Shown here piece by piece: positions 12,391-24,445 of a stretch of 64,000 bases of DNA. Both the position numbers and the translations under genes were made by a program. The notes under the pieces are model-generated. The model made no database searches. It saw nothing but the letters and a program-made list of their open reading frames with translations, and was not told the origin of the DNA. Within the stretch, counting starts at the first letter, position 1. Every line of letters begins with the position of its first letter. This stretch comes from Camelus ferus (Eukaryota): assembly GCF_009834535.1 (NCBI RefSeq), contig NC_045698.1, positions 9,302,001 to 9,366,000 of the forward strand, read 5' to 3'.

Positions 12391-13571
12391 TTAGATTCCA
12401 TATATGAGCGATCTCATATGGTATTTTTCTTTCTCCTTCTGGCTTACTTCACTTAGAATGACATTCTCCAGGAGCATCCATGTTGCTGCAAATGGTTTTA
12501 TGTTGTCGGTTTTTATGGCTGAGTAGTATTCCATTGTATAAATATACCACCTCTTCTTTATCCAGTCATCTGTTGATGGACATTTAGGCTGTTTCCATGT
12601 TTTGGCTATTGTAAATAGTGCTGCTATGAACACTGGGGTGCAGGTGTCATTCTGAAGTAGGGTTCCTTCTGGATATAAGCCCAGGAGTGGGATTCCTGGG
12701 TCATATGGTAAGTCTATTCCTAGTCTTTGAGGAATCTCCACACTGTTTTCCATAGTGGCTGCACCAAACTGCATTCCCACCAGCAGTGTAGGAGGGTTCC
12801 CCTTTCTCCACAGCCTCTCCAGCATTTGTCATTTGTGGATTTTTGAATGACTGCCATTCTGACTGGGTGAGGTGATACCTCATTGTAGTTTTGATTTGCA
12901 TTTCTCTGATAATTAGTGATGTAGAGCATTTTTTCATGTGCCTATTGATCATTTGTATGTCTTCCTTGGAGAATTGCTTGTTTAGGTCTTCTGCCCATTT
13001 TTGGATTGGGTTGTTTATTTTTTTCTTATAAAGTTGTATGAGCTGCTTATATATTCTGGAGATTAGCCTTTGTTGGTTTCATTTGCAAAAATTTTCTCCC
13101 ATTCTGTAGGTTGTCTTTTTGTTTTACTTATGGTTTCCTTTGCTGTGCAGAAGCTTGTAAGTTTCATTAGGTCCCATTTGTTTATTCTTGCTTTTATTTC
13201 TACCAGGAGAAAATTTTTGAGATGCATGTCAGATAATGCTTTGCCTATGTTTTCCTCTAGGAGGTTTCTTGTATCTTGTCTTATGTTTAAGTCTTTGATT
13301 CATTTTGAGTTGACTTTTGTATATGGTGTAAGGGAGTGTTCTAGCTTCATTGTTTTACATGCTGCTGTCCAGTTTTCCCAACACCATTTGCTGAAGACAC
13401 TGTCTTTATTCCATTGTATATTCTTGCCTCCTTTTTTGAAGATTAGTTGACCAAAAGTTTTTGGGTTCATTTTTGGGCTCTCTATTCTGTTCCATTGGTC
13501 TGTATGTCTGTTTTTGTACCAGTACCATGCTGTCTTGATGACTGTAGCTCTATAGTATTGTCTGAAGTCTG
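12391..13571 (-). pseudogene. L1 ORF2 C-terminal region, frameshifted
   Basis: ORF pieces [31 protein letters not shown] (CCHC), [43 protein letters not shown] occur in different frames. Confidence 0.95.
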
Positions 13572-13572
13572 C

Positions 13573-14241
13573 TTCCCACTAAAATCTGGGACAAGACAAG
13601 GATGCCCACTATCACCACTCCTATTCAACATAGTCCTGGAAGTCCTAGCCACAGCAATCAGGCAAGAGAGAGAAATAAAAAGGATCCAAATTGGAAAAGA
13701 AGAGGTAAAAGTGTCACTATATGCCGACGACATATTACTATATATAGAAAACCCTAAAAGGTCCACACAAAAACTACTAGAGCTGATTGAAGAATTCAGC
13801 AAGGTAGCAGGTTACAAAATTAACGTTCAAAAATCAGTTTTATTTCTTTACACTAACGATGAATCAACAGAAAAAGAAAGTAAAGAAACAATCCCCTTTA
13901 AAATAGCACCCAAAGTAATAAAATACCTGGGAATAAATCTAACCGAGGAGGTGAAAGAATTATACACAGAAAACTATAAACCATTGATGAAGGAAATTAA
14001 AGAAGACTTAAAAAAATGGAAAGATATCGCATGCTCTTGGATTGGAAGAATCAATATTGTTAAAATGGTCACACTGCCCAAGGCAATCTACCGACTTAAT
14101 GCAATCCCTATCAAATTACCCAGGACATATTTCACAGAACTAGAACAACTCATAATAAAATTTATATGGAACCATCAAAGACCTAGAATTGCCAAAGCAT
14201 TACTGAAGAGAAAGAAAGATGCTGGAGGAATAACTCTTCCA
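13573..14241 (+). pseudogene. L1 ORF2 reverse-transcriptase segment (inverted part), no stops or frameshifts
   Basis: [26 protein letters not shown]...SLYADD (YADD at 13720-13731)...KYLGINL...[17 protein letters not shown]...GGITLP. Confidence 0.97.
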
Positions 14242-14829
14242 TGATCAATTTCTTAAATTAGCTTGATTATTGCTCCCTATCATCATTCTAGAATTCCTCC
14301 TAAATAATTTACAAGCATCTATGACAAGAGATATGTCTCAGAATTTATATAATACTATAGCCATGATCAAAGGAATTCCTTAATTATCTTCATTTTTCTA
14401 TAGAGTAACTGTAAGACTTTAATAAAAAAATTATGTGCAAGTGTCTTGAAATAAAAATATCAGATAATCTATAATAACGTATTCTTAGGCTTGTTAATTG
14501 TTCTGGAGGAAACTATTGCAAAGAGGATGCATCTCTGACATTAAATCTTGCTCAAGATATGAATTTGGGTAACATCTTAGTAAAGCTTTATTTTTAAATG
14601 GAAGAAAGCATTAATTAGCAGATATGAATATTTTACAAAAGGAGGAAATCAATACATGGTCATTAGTGAAGAAAGTTTCATTGTTTTTATCCAATAAACT
14701 TTTCTTATGTATTTACCTAATGTGATTCAAGCCAGTGAGCTACAAATAATCATCCAAAAAGGAAATTAATAAAATAATCCCAATTATAATAACATCAAAA
14801 GAACAAACTGCCTAGGAATAAACTTAATC

Positions 14830-15100
14830 AGAAGGGTTTGGTTCACGCTGCTATTAACAATAGTATTACTTAATGGAAAGTCATTTCTCTTAGTTCTAGG
14901 AGCTGGGAAGTCCAAGATCAAGATGCCAGGAGATCTGATGTCTAGTGAGGGCCCTCTTATCAGGTGAAACCTCACATCTTAGAAAGGATGAGGGATCTTC
15001 CCCTGACCTCATTTATAAGGGCATTAATCTCATCCATGAAGGTTCAAATCTCATTACTTAATCAGCCACAAAAGGCCCTAAATCCTAGTACCATAACCAG
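14830..15100 (-). mobile_element. MaLR LTR fragment (MST/MLT1A-like)
   Basis: 'agttctaggagctgggaagtccaagatcaagatgccagg...gtctagtgagggccc', 'ttataagggcattaatctcatccatga'. Confidence 0.75.
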
Positions 15101-15223
15101 CTATCCTGAGGGCTGGGTTAATGACAGAGAATGAAAGACATAAAATATGTGCACAGAAATGGGATTTGCTAAATAATGTAAGCTCCATTCACAATGTGAA
15201 ATATTTTACAGCATTGAACCTAA

Positions 15224-15638
15224 TGTTATGGGTTGAATTGTGCTCCCCACTAACAGATTTGAAGTCCCAAGTCCCAGAACTTGTGAATATGATCTTATAT
15301 GAAAACAGGATCTTTACAGATGGATCAAGTTAAGATGAGATCTTCACGACAGACCTTAATCCTGTAAAACTCTGTACTTATAAAAGGGCAAACTTGGACA
15401 CAGAGACAGGCACAAGGTAAGACATAGGAAAAATGCTATCTAAAGCCAAGGCTTTGGGCTGCCAGAAGCTAAGAGAGAGGCACGGAACAGACTGTCCATC
15501 ACAGCCCTTAGAAGGAACGATTCCTGCTGACAGCTTGATTTGAGCCTTCTAGCCTCCAGAACCATAAGACAATAAATGTCTGTTGTTCAAGCCACCTCGC
15601 CTGGTACTTTGTTACAGCAGCCCCAGGAAACTGATACA
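15224..15638 (+). mobile_element. MaLR solo LTR, MLT1B-like
   Basis: TGTTATGGGTTGAATTGTG start; 'gccagaagctaagagagaggcacggaacaga', 'aataaatgtctgttgttcaagccac'; ends gaaactgataca. Confidence 0.88.
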
Positions 15639-17819
15639 TCTGAAAGGAAAAAGAATGACGTTTGAAATAACTGTTTGAAATAACTTTTGATCAAAAGTAA
15701 CATAATATCTAAATGCTAGGGGCTTAAAATTATTTTTTTTTTCTGCTCACTTAAAAAAAAAAATGGGAGACAGAAGCTACCGAATGCTGTGGAGTAACTC
15801 ACTGTAGGAATCAACATTATTTCTTAATTTTTATAGTTAACAGGAGTTTTCCCCTTGAGCAATTCTCTAGTGTTAACTATATTTGAACTGAATATCTGCA
15901 GTATTTCTTTCATGGATGGTGAATTATTTCCTCCACTTGTCCATTAAAATAATAGCATTCCTGAATTACTACTTTATGAAAACCTAAGTAAATATTTAAA
16001 AGATGCATAATCAATAATAACATGCAACGTCATAGAGAGAAAATAAGGCATATTCCTATATAGATGTTTTGCAAAGAGGCACAGAGAATAAACTAGAAAG
16101 TGGCCTTCATTGAGAAAAGACCAGTTTTTTTTTCTATTTCTAAAATTTTAAAATAAATTTGCATGAACAAGAAGATATGTACTGAAAATATCCTCCACAT
16201 CATTAAATAGTGTGATATTGCAGACATAGCAATCTGATGGCTGTAGCCATCTGACTGCAGCCCGCCCTGACAGAAGTACAGTCTATAAGACCAAATATCC
16301 ACAGAACTAGCTCCTCTCTCCTGTACTGGTGGATGCTAGCTAAATTACTGTGTAATTTCTTCATCAAGAGTTTCACTCAGCTGCTGGTTAGAGAGCTGGA
16401 GAACAGAACTGGGTTAAACATACTGCAGCGTTTTTTCTGTCTCACGCAAAATCAATCCGTTCTCACCAGTCCACAGTCTTCTGGGTGGATCCATGGCCAT
16501 TTGTGTTTTGCTTCATGATAATCAGCAGGTGACTCCTATGCTCACGTTCCTGGAAGCAGGCGGGAGAACTGGACAAGGGAAAAAGGTGCACCTCTTCACT
16601 GAGTCAGCCGCCTTTAAAGAGGTTTTTCTAAAAATTCCAGATAATGCCTTTTATGCACATGTTACCAGGCACTACTAGTTGAAGATAATTTAGAAAATGG
16701 TCTTTAAACTGTACACAGTGCTGTTCCAAATGAAATCAGGGCTCTGTTAATTAAAAGGAAGGAGACAATAGATATTAGGACCACACATCTAGAAAAAGCA
16801 AACAAGATATTGTGATGATGTGTATACATGGCATAGGTGAAAAATCTGGAGTGTTTATGATAAAGAAGCGAAAATTACACAGGTTATGATGTATGCTTGG
16901 AAGTGTAGTAGGCAAAATCATCAGGCTTGATTGTTCAGTTACAGGAGATAAAGAAAATAGAAAATCTATTTCTATTTCATAATGTGGAACTTGGTAATAG
17001 GTCATAATGTGGAACTTTGTAACAGAGATTACTGAAAACAAGAAAACTGCTCAGGAAATATATTAGAGGTCTCTAAGTGTATCCAGTTATGAAGTGCATG
17101 ATTAAAGTCTCTTCTAAGCTCTTATTATTATACCATATACTGTAGATGTGTAAGATTAATGCCTGGTTTGAGAGCACTGGACATGAGATTTTTATAATGG
17201 TTTATTCTTCTTATGAACACATATTGGTAAAGTTTGTAGTGAGTCATCTTTAAAAACCTCTAATCAATTGTCTAAGGTTATATGGCAAATGAACATAACA
17301 GTGTCCACTGAAATTCTAAAGGAAATGAAAGAAATTATTTTAGTGACTGTAACTACTTTACTATGCAAACACTTTCACCTGTTTTTTAAAGATTTTTTAT
17401 TCAAATATCCTATTTATATAAAGTGAAAATTATTTCTACCTCATGTTGATAAATTTTGTTTACATTGCATTGGTATTAATTTTTCAGAAAAGGGATTCTT
17501 TTGAACACTCTACAATTGATTGAGACATGAATTCAATAAGTAAGTATATTTTGTAAATTTTAATTTTTTAGACCTTACATCAGTCCTGTTTTATCTATAC
17601 TGTAACATTCATGATTATTTTAAAGTGTGTGCTAACTATGCTTAATAAGAAAAGTACAAACTTCTCAGTATACTTTTCTAGAATAACAAGTACTATCTCA
17701 ATAATTTCAAAATACATATTTATTTTTCCAGAAAATGAGAACACATCATTATGAACAATTTAAACAATGTATTAAATCAATAATATTTTGAAACATAAAA
17801 TGCACTTTTAAAAGACAAT

Positions 17820-18240
17820 AACAAAGACAAAAATTACTGTATAATATCACTCCTATGTGGAGTCAAAAAAGCCAAACTCACAGAAACAGAGAGTAGAATG
17901 GTGGTGTCCAAAGGCTTGGTGTGAGGAAAAAAGAGGAGACATTGGGCAAAGAATGAAAACTTTCAGTTGTAAGATGAGTAGGTTCTAGAGGGTCCAGTGT
18001 ACAGCATGATTATAGTTAACAATGTCATATTATATACTTGAAAGTTGCTAAGAAAGTAGATCTCAAATGTCCTCACTGCAGACCAAAAAAAAAAGAGGAA
18101 ATTATGTGACATAATGCAGGTGTTAGCTAATCATTAGTGAATCACTTCATAATATATGTGTATCAAATTAAATCAACCCATTGTACACTTTAAACTCAAA
18201 CAATGTTATGCATCAATTATATCTCAAAAAACTGGGGAAA
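17820..18240 (+). mobile_element. Old L1 3' end (L1MA9/L1MB-like)
   Basis: 'aaagccaaactcacagaaacagagagtagaatggtgg', 'tatacttgaaagttgctaaga', 'caattatatctcaa'. Confidence 0.85.
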
Positions 18241-19269
18241 AAAGCAAAGCCACAATGAATCAATGTTTCTTACAGAGTTTGAGAAACATGTCAAGTATTT
18301 AATTTCATAAGTGCTTATGGTTAAAAATTGTGTATGATCATGATCTAAAATATTTATGTCAATTCTGTTTATGTTAAGAAATTGTATTTGATGCCTTCAC
18401 TAGTTATGTTATTATTTCCCCTCAGGAACTGAAGTATAAAGGAAATGTTAACAATTTCTTATTTTCCATACAATTGAAATTGCTTTTGATTTTCATTTCT
18501 CCAGCAGTTTCTTTTTTTCCAACCAGTCCACAATGAATCGTATTTATTCCTTTTACTTCTACTTGCTTCTTCCATTGGAATTTTATTGTTTGTTTGTTTT
18601 TTAACCTATGGACTCACACATAAAAAGAAATGTATTTTATTGAATTTATATTCAGAGTAACTAAGAGGCTGCTGGAAATTCTGAGGAACAGTATTTGGAA
18701 TGTGTAATAATATGCTGCTTTTGCATATGAAAGAAGGAAATTCAACCCACCCTACACTTCCATCGTCGTGCATATTAAAGAAAAATTTGCTTTGTAAATT
18801 TTCAGAAACAAAATGTCTGCGTAAATAAGCCATAAAATCTAGGAGAAAGAAATATTGGTCCCAAGTCAAAACCAAATCAACAAAATAACATAGAAAGCTA
18901 GTTTTACATGAAATGTGCCGTAAGACACTTAAAATATTCCTCTATCTTCTGGATTTTGTCTAATCACTTCCCCTGTGGACACAGTGATATATACTGAGAT
19001 TCCTTCTCAATGGCATGGAAGCACCACATAGTTGTCATCCTGAATCTCCATCACAAATATTAGAACGAAGTACTACTCGTGGTTCTAGTGCATTACCCTT
19101 TATTTTGAAGTATGTAACTAAAAATACTTAATACATTGCTTAATTTTCCTTTAATCAAATCTGATCATGTGCTCTCTATTTTTTTCCTTACCCCCAATTT
19201 TTTTTTTTGCAAAATGACCTCAAAAATAAGTGCCATTGTGCACTAAAGCAACTGAATTATAATGATCTT

Positions 19270-19614
19270 TTCGAATGTTACATGATACCCTTTATACATA
19301 AAATCTGAAAAAAAAAATGACACAAATGAACTTATTTACAAAACAGAAAGAGACTCACAGACATAGAAAACAAACTTATGGTTACCAAAGGGGAAAGGGT
19401 AGAGGGATAAATTAGCAGTTTTGGATTAGCAGGTACAAACTACGATATATAAAATAGACAAACAACAAGATCCTACTGTACAGCACAGGGAACTATATTC
19501 AATAACTTGTAATAACCTGTAATGAAAAAGAATATGTATATATGTATAACTGAATCACTATGCTGTACACCAGAAACTAACACAACATAGTAAATCAACT
19601 ATACTTCAATAAAA
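19270..19614 (+). mobile_element. L1 3' end (older lineage-specific subfamily) with long flanking duplication
   Basis: 'acacaaatgaacttatttacaaaacagaaagagactcacagacatagaaaacaaacttatggttaccaaagggg...cagcacagggaactatattcaat...aactatacttcaataaaaaa'. Confidence 0.92.
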
Positions 19615-20493
19615 AAGTGCCATTGTGCACTAAAGCAACTGCATTATAATGATACTTTAGAATACTACAAGGATCCAATAAAGCATTTGACAATAAGTAA
19701 GTTAAAATTTTTCTCTGAATTTAAAGGGAATCTTTTAAACATCAAGTGCTCCTGGCCTACTGTGTTCCCTGTCACAGGGGCCTCAGTGAGAAAATGCATT
19801 ATGAAAGCTGAATAATCCCATAAAACAGTACAGATTAGAATCTGGAGTTATTCAAACTGTGAAACACAGGTTTGACAACCTGCAACTTCAGACACATCTG
19901 AGAGTAAAATAAAATTTAATTCCAAAAGAGTAGATGTTATATGCCCACTGAAAATTTCCTAAGAAGTCATTATATTCAAAGACAAAACATATACTTCAGT
20001 GTTCCTAGAAATGGCACAAATAATCATTCTTAATGGACTGAATCAAAAAATGTAAAATAATTTCAGAAAACAAAACATACTCACAAGCTCAAAAGTGATA
20101 GTAGAGATACTTCAGAATTCAGGTAGCATAAACTTTATCACTCCATCAACCAAAGTGATAAAGACAAGAGTCTCATCTTTGGAATGGCTGTTAAAGGCAT
20201 CCAACTCAGAATCTAAATTGTCTCCATTTTCACTTTGTTTCCATTTTATTCCAAGTAGGTCTGTGTTTGTGGCTGTTGCACTTGTTCCTTCACTATTTGG
20301 AGTTTGATTATTTCCCATTTTATTTAGCACTGATAAAGAAGTTGATCTGAAAAGAAAGAGTTAAAGTTAATGGTGATTGGTGTGTAACACGTACATTGAT
20401 AAAAAGAAAGTAGAGTAGAGCTTACTGAGGTTCTTACTCTGTGAAATTGTTCTTTAGCTCCAATTACACAATAAGGGTCTTCATATAGACAGT

Positions 20494-20847
20494 TGTTAGG
20501 GGCTGAATTATGTCCCCCCAAAATTCATAGGTTGAAGTCCTTAAGCCCCTGGTACATCAGAATTTGACTCACATAGGATCTTCACAGTGGTATATAGATT
20601 TAATGAGGTTATTTCGAGGGGATCCTCTTGTAATTTGCAGATGTCTTTATAAGAGTAGGGTATTGGAACACAGACACACATGTACAGAAGACAGATGATG
20701 TAAAAATACAGAGATAAGACAGTCACACCAAGGAGAGATTCCTTAGAATAAACATGGACACCTTAAACCCTGTGAGAAAATAAATTTATCTTCTTTAAGC
20801 GACCCAGTCTGTGGTATTTTGTTATGACAGCCTTAGAAACTAGTATA
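20494..20847 (+). mobile_element. MaLR solo LTR, MLT1A/B-like
   Basis: TGTTAGGGGCTGAATTATGTCCCCCCAAAATTCAT start; perfect 5-bp TSD ACAGT (20489-20493, 20848-20852). Confidence 0.9.
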
Positions 20848-22509
20848 ACAGTGCTGTTTCCTGGATTAAATATAAACAAAAAGATAAATTGATAAAAATC
20901 AAATCCATGCTGATATGTATGTAGATAGATGATAGATAGACATAAAATGTGCATAATAGAATATGTGCAACATATAGTATATATTGAATATAAAAACTTA
21001 TGTTTAACTAATGGCTCATAAATTTATATAAAGATATGCATTTGATATAGGTACTTATTTTCTTACCCTATACTATATGCATTTCAAAATGTAAGGTAAG
21101 ACTGCATATATGTCACATATTATACAACACCTAATGCCCTTGGTGTCTTCTATGGCAATGTATAATGTATCACATTACCATTGCTATCTCGAAACATATG
21201 AATATTCTCATTAACTTGGATAAAGCATATAAATCCTCATCAGCATATCTGTTCCGTAAGACAGAGTTAACAAAAGCTTTTGATTTTTCAAACTCTGTGA
21301 GTGTCAAAATTTCAGATTGTTAATCTGAATGAAGGAGAAGATAATGTAGGAGTCTGGTGTTTGTTGACATCCTTCTGAATAAGGACTGTTAAGAGTTTAA
21401 GCCATACTTGTCATCAGTCATGCAACATCCTCTGCCCTGCTCTGCTGTCATCCTTTGGGATCACACTGCTGTGCCTGGTTAAGCATCAACTCCCCTTTCT
21501 CATAAGAAACAATGTTGGGCACAATCGTAGTGGGATCAAAATAAATGCATTAATTTCAAAGAAACCTCAAGGTTTATTCCTCAAAATCAGTGATTTAAAA
21601 CACTATATATTTGTAACCTGTGAATTTGTAATCCACACTTTTCTTTTGAAGATGAATATCCTATAAGATGAATAGGTTTGTGTGAAGGTGAATTGCCAGA
21701 GGATTTCTGGTCTACCTCATATCGTTATGGTAGGAATTCTGAAAGTCTGTACCAGTAGTAAGTTGCTTTATAAAGCTCCAAAGAAAAATATAATTAGCAA
21801 GTTTCCTAAAATTACCTAACCATATTTTTTCCCTAGAATTCTATCAGCATTCCATTTGGCACTAATGTTGCAAATGTCATTTCTTAGGGTGTGGCACCCT
21901 AATTATTTGATCTTCTTTTCCTTTTTGTTTTTAGCTTCTACATAAATCCAAATGCTGAAGCTCAGGCATGTTTCTCTCCTGTAAGAGTACATTTTCACTG
22001 AAATATGGTAACAGAGTAGAGGGAGGAAGGTGTTACGCAATGCCTGTAACTTCATAGGTGTTATTTCAGAACATCTTGCTTTGGCTCTTAAAATAAAGAA
22101 CATACTGTCACATACTCTCCACAGGAAATAACAATCAGCATTACTGGTTAACCAATCCACATGCGTTTCTATGTGGGCTCCATCTACCATATTTTATTAT
22201 ACTTAATATCCAGGCTATTCTAGAATAGAGTGTTATTCTATGAACATACTTTTCAGCACAGAACAGAAGAAAAAAAAACTGTGTGCAAATCAGCTCTGAT
22301 AAACAATTAATTATAAGATGCATCCTGATTACACAGATACTAAAATGTAAGTAAATAAATAATGTTTTAAATACTTCAATTGAAAAAGCCATGCTTTAAT
22401 TAAGAATTTTTTGGAGGGAACTTATTGAATGATTGACTTTATTTTGATATCTTGGCTTAGAAGACAATCTTCTTTCAGACTTCTTTCAGACTTTCTAAGG
22501 CCTGCTGCA

Positions 22510-23150
22510 TGGAAGTATACAAATCCATAAGGAAGCCAGTGTTGCTTGTAATAGCAGTAGATTTGAGGAAACAGAGGTTCCTAGGGAACTGGGTAAGAAA
22601 AAAGTGGTGGAGACCATGCAATACCAAGGGAAGAAAAATGACTTAAGTGTACCCACAGCAATACGGTTAAATCTTAAATCTCTCTGTTGAATGAAAAACA
22701 TAAGACATATCTTGATATAAAGCATAAAACAGTATATGTAAATTTAAAATAATTACATATATAAACTAACTTCATGTTGGGAAAGCAGTTAGCTTATAAA
22801 GAAAAGTAAAACTAAAATTCTTGTATCATATAAAAATATGAACTTCTTCATCTTTTTCAAACATTTACTGTGCTTGCCAATGGGGAAAATCTTTGTATTT
22901 TATATCACAATTAATTTCTTTAATAAATAAAAAGCAATCTACAAATAAGAGAGAAAATATCCAAAAAGCAATGGAAAAGTGAATGGAAGATATAAAGAGA
23001 GAGTTCACAGAAAAAGAAAAATAAAAGGCTCAACATTCTATAAAATATTTTTAACTTCAACCTTAAAAAAGATAAATCAACTTGAAAAAGAAAAGGAAAA
23101 AAAAACACAGTAACTTTTTTCTTTTTAAGATAACCCAGAAAGCTTAAAAA
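22510..23150 (+). mobile_element. Highly degraded L1ME-like fragments
   Basis: 'atacggttaaatcttaaatctctctgttgaatgaaaaa' and 'gaatggaagatataaagagagagttcacagaaaaagaaa' resemble the L1 3' region. Confidence 0.45.
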
Positions 23151-23245
23151 AAAAAAATCAACAGTCTATTGAAAAGACACTCAGTGACCCTTTGTTCATT
23201 TCAAAGTCTTTCACAAGTTTTCCTGGCATAAGGAACAGTCTATGG

Positions 23246-23457
23246 TAGGTATTAGCAAACTTTTTCTGTAAAGTGCCAGGTAATAAGTATTTTAGAATTT
23301 TCTTCATTCTCTGGTGCAGCTACACAGCTGTACTGTAGTGGTGTGAAAGGAGCCATAGATGTTACATAAACAAATGAGTATGACCGTTTTCCAATAAAAC
23401 TTTATTCATACAAAAACAGGCGGCTGGTTGGATTGCATCGTTCTTAGCCAACCCCTG
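23246..23457 (+). mobile_element. MER58A-like hAT-Charlie MITE
   Basis: 'gcaaactttttctgtaaag...ccaataaaactttatt...gccaacccctg'; 8-bp TSD GTCTATGG / ATCTATGG. Confidence 0.9.
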
Positions 23458-24299
23458 ATCTATGGCATTTTTCTGAAGCATATTACTGAATAACATCTTA
23501 AAGTAAGGCTTATGGTCTTTACCAAGCAAGTGTATATGATAAATTTAAATATTTGCAACACTCTAATTGGCATCACTCAGCATAATTCTGTGTGTCTCTA
23601 CTTAAAACGCTAAAGCAACTCCAATGACCACACCAGATGTAAAAAAGTCAATCATCTGAGTCATATAATTAGAATTATCTTATCCTTAGAATTACATGAA
23701 AATAGGCATAATCAGTTTCTAATTAAATAATCTTGTCCAATTCTTAGATATTTTGTTCAACTACTTAGTTACTTATGACTAAATCTTATTTATTATTTCT
23801 CAACCTTTTATAAAACCTCTCTTTAATCCACAACCCAACTAGCTAACTTTATTTTAGCTATCTATGATTTCTAGTTATGTTTCAAAAATGGTATTTATGT
23901 TTTTATTTTTATTTAGTATATTTCAAAAATAACTTCTTTATCCTTTTTCTTAAAGGAAATGAGCAGTTAGAATCAAATCCTTATTTGATTCTTTCATTTT
24001 ACTGGAGAAATACTACTTGTTATAGACTGAATCAAAAATCCAAATTTTGGAGCAAATTCTTGGAGCATGGACCTGTTCAGACAGAGCACTATTTGAGGGA
24101 GAATGACACTCTGATTTGTTGACATTCTGAATATGATTTGAAGTATGATGCCACCCATCTAGATTATGATAATAATAGATGTTTTAGTCTCCAGATTATC
24201 CAATGAATTAATTTTTAAGTGATACAATGGACAGTGTGGCTAATCCAGAGAAATGTGCTTTACTGTATGCATATTCATATTTAAAGCTTTTAAAGCATG

Positions 24300-24445
24300 T
24301 TTTTAACTATTTTCTCACAATAATCCTGCGAGTTAGTTGAAGCAGTGTTCTCCCAATTTATTTTTAAAAATCAGAATCAGATTCACAAAATTTTAAAATC
24401 ATACATCTAGCAAGTAGCAGAGCTGAAGTTCAAATTCATGTTTTC
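24300..24445 (-). mobile_element. MIR fragment
   Basis: 'tctcacaataatcctgcgag...ctagcaagtagcagagctgaagttcaaattca'. Confidence 0.6.

Larger units (their letters stand above)
12067..14238 (-). mobile_element. Young 5'-truncated, 5'-inverted LINE-1 (twin-priming structure)
   Basis: T-tail and 3'UTR at left. ORF2 C-terminus on minus strand to 13571. Inverted RT segment on plus strand 13571-14240. TSD TTCCATGATCAATTTCTT at 12049-12066 and 14237-14254. Confidence 0.97.

Noticed and set aside
13070..13802. ORFs 13070..13450 (+) and 13482..13802 (-)
   Set aside because: Largely antisense readings of L1 ORF2
17488..17545. Exon-like AG...GTAAGT segment
   Set aside because: Stops in all three frames; expected by chance
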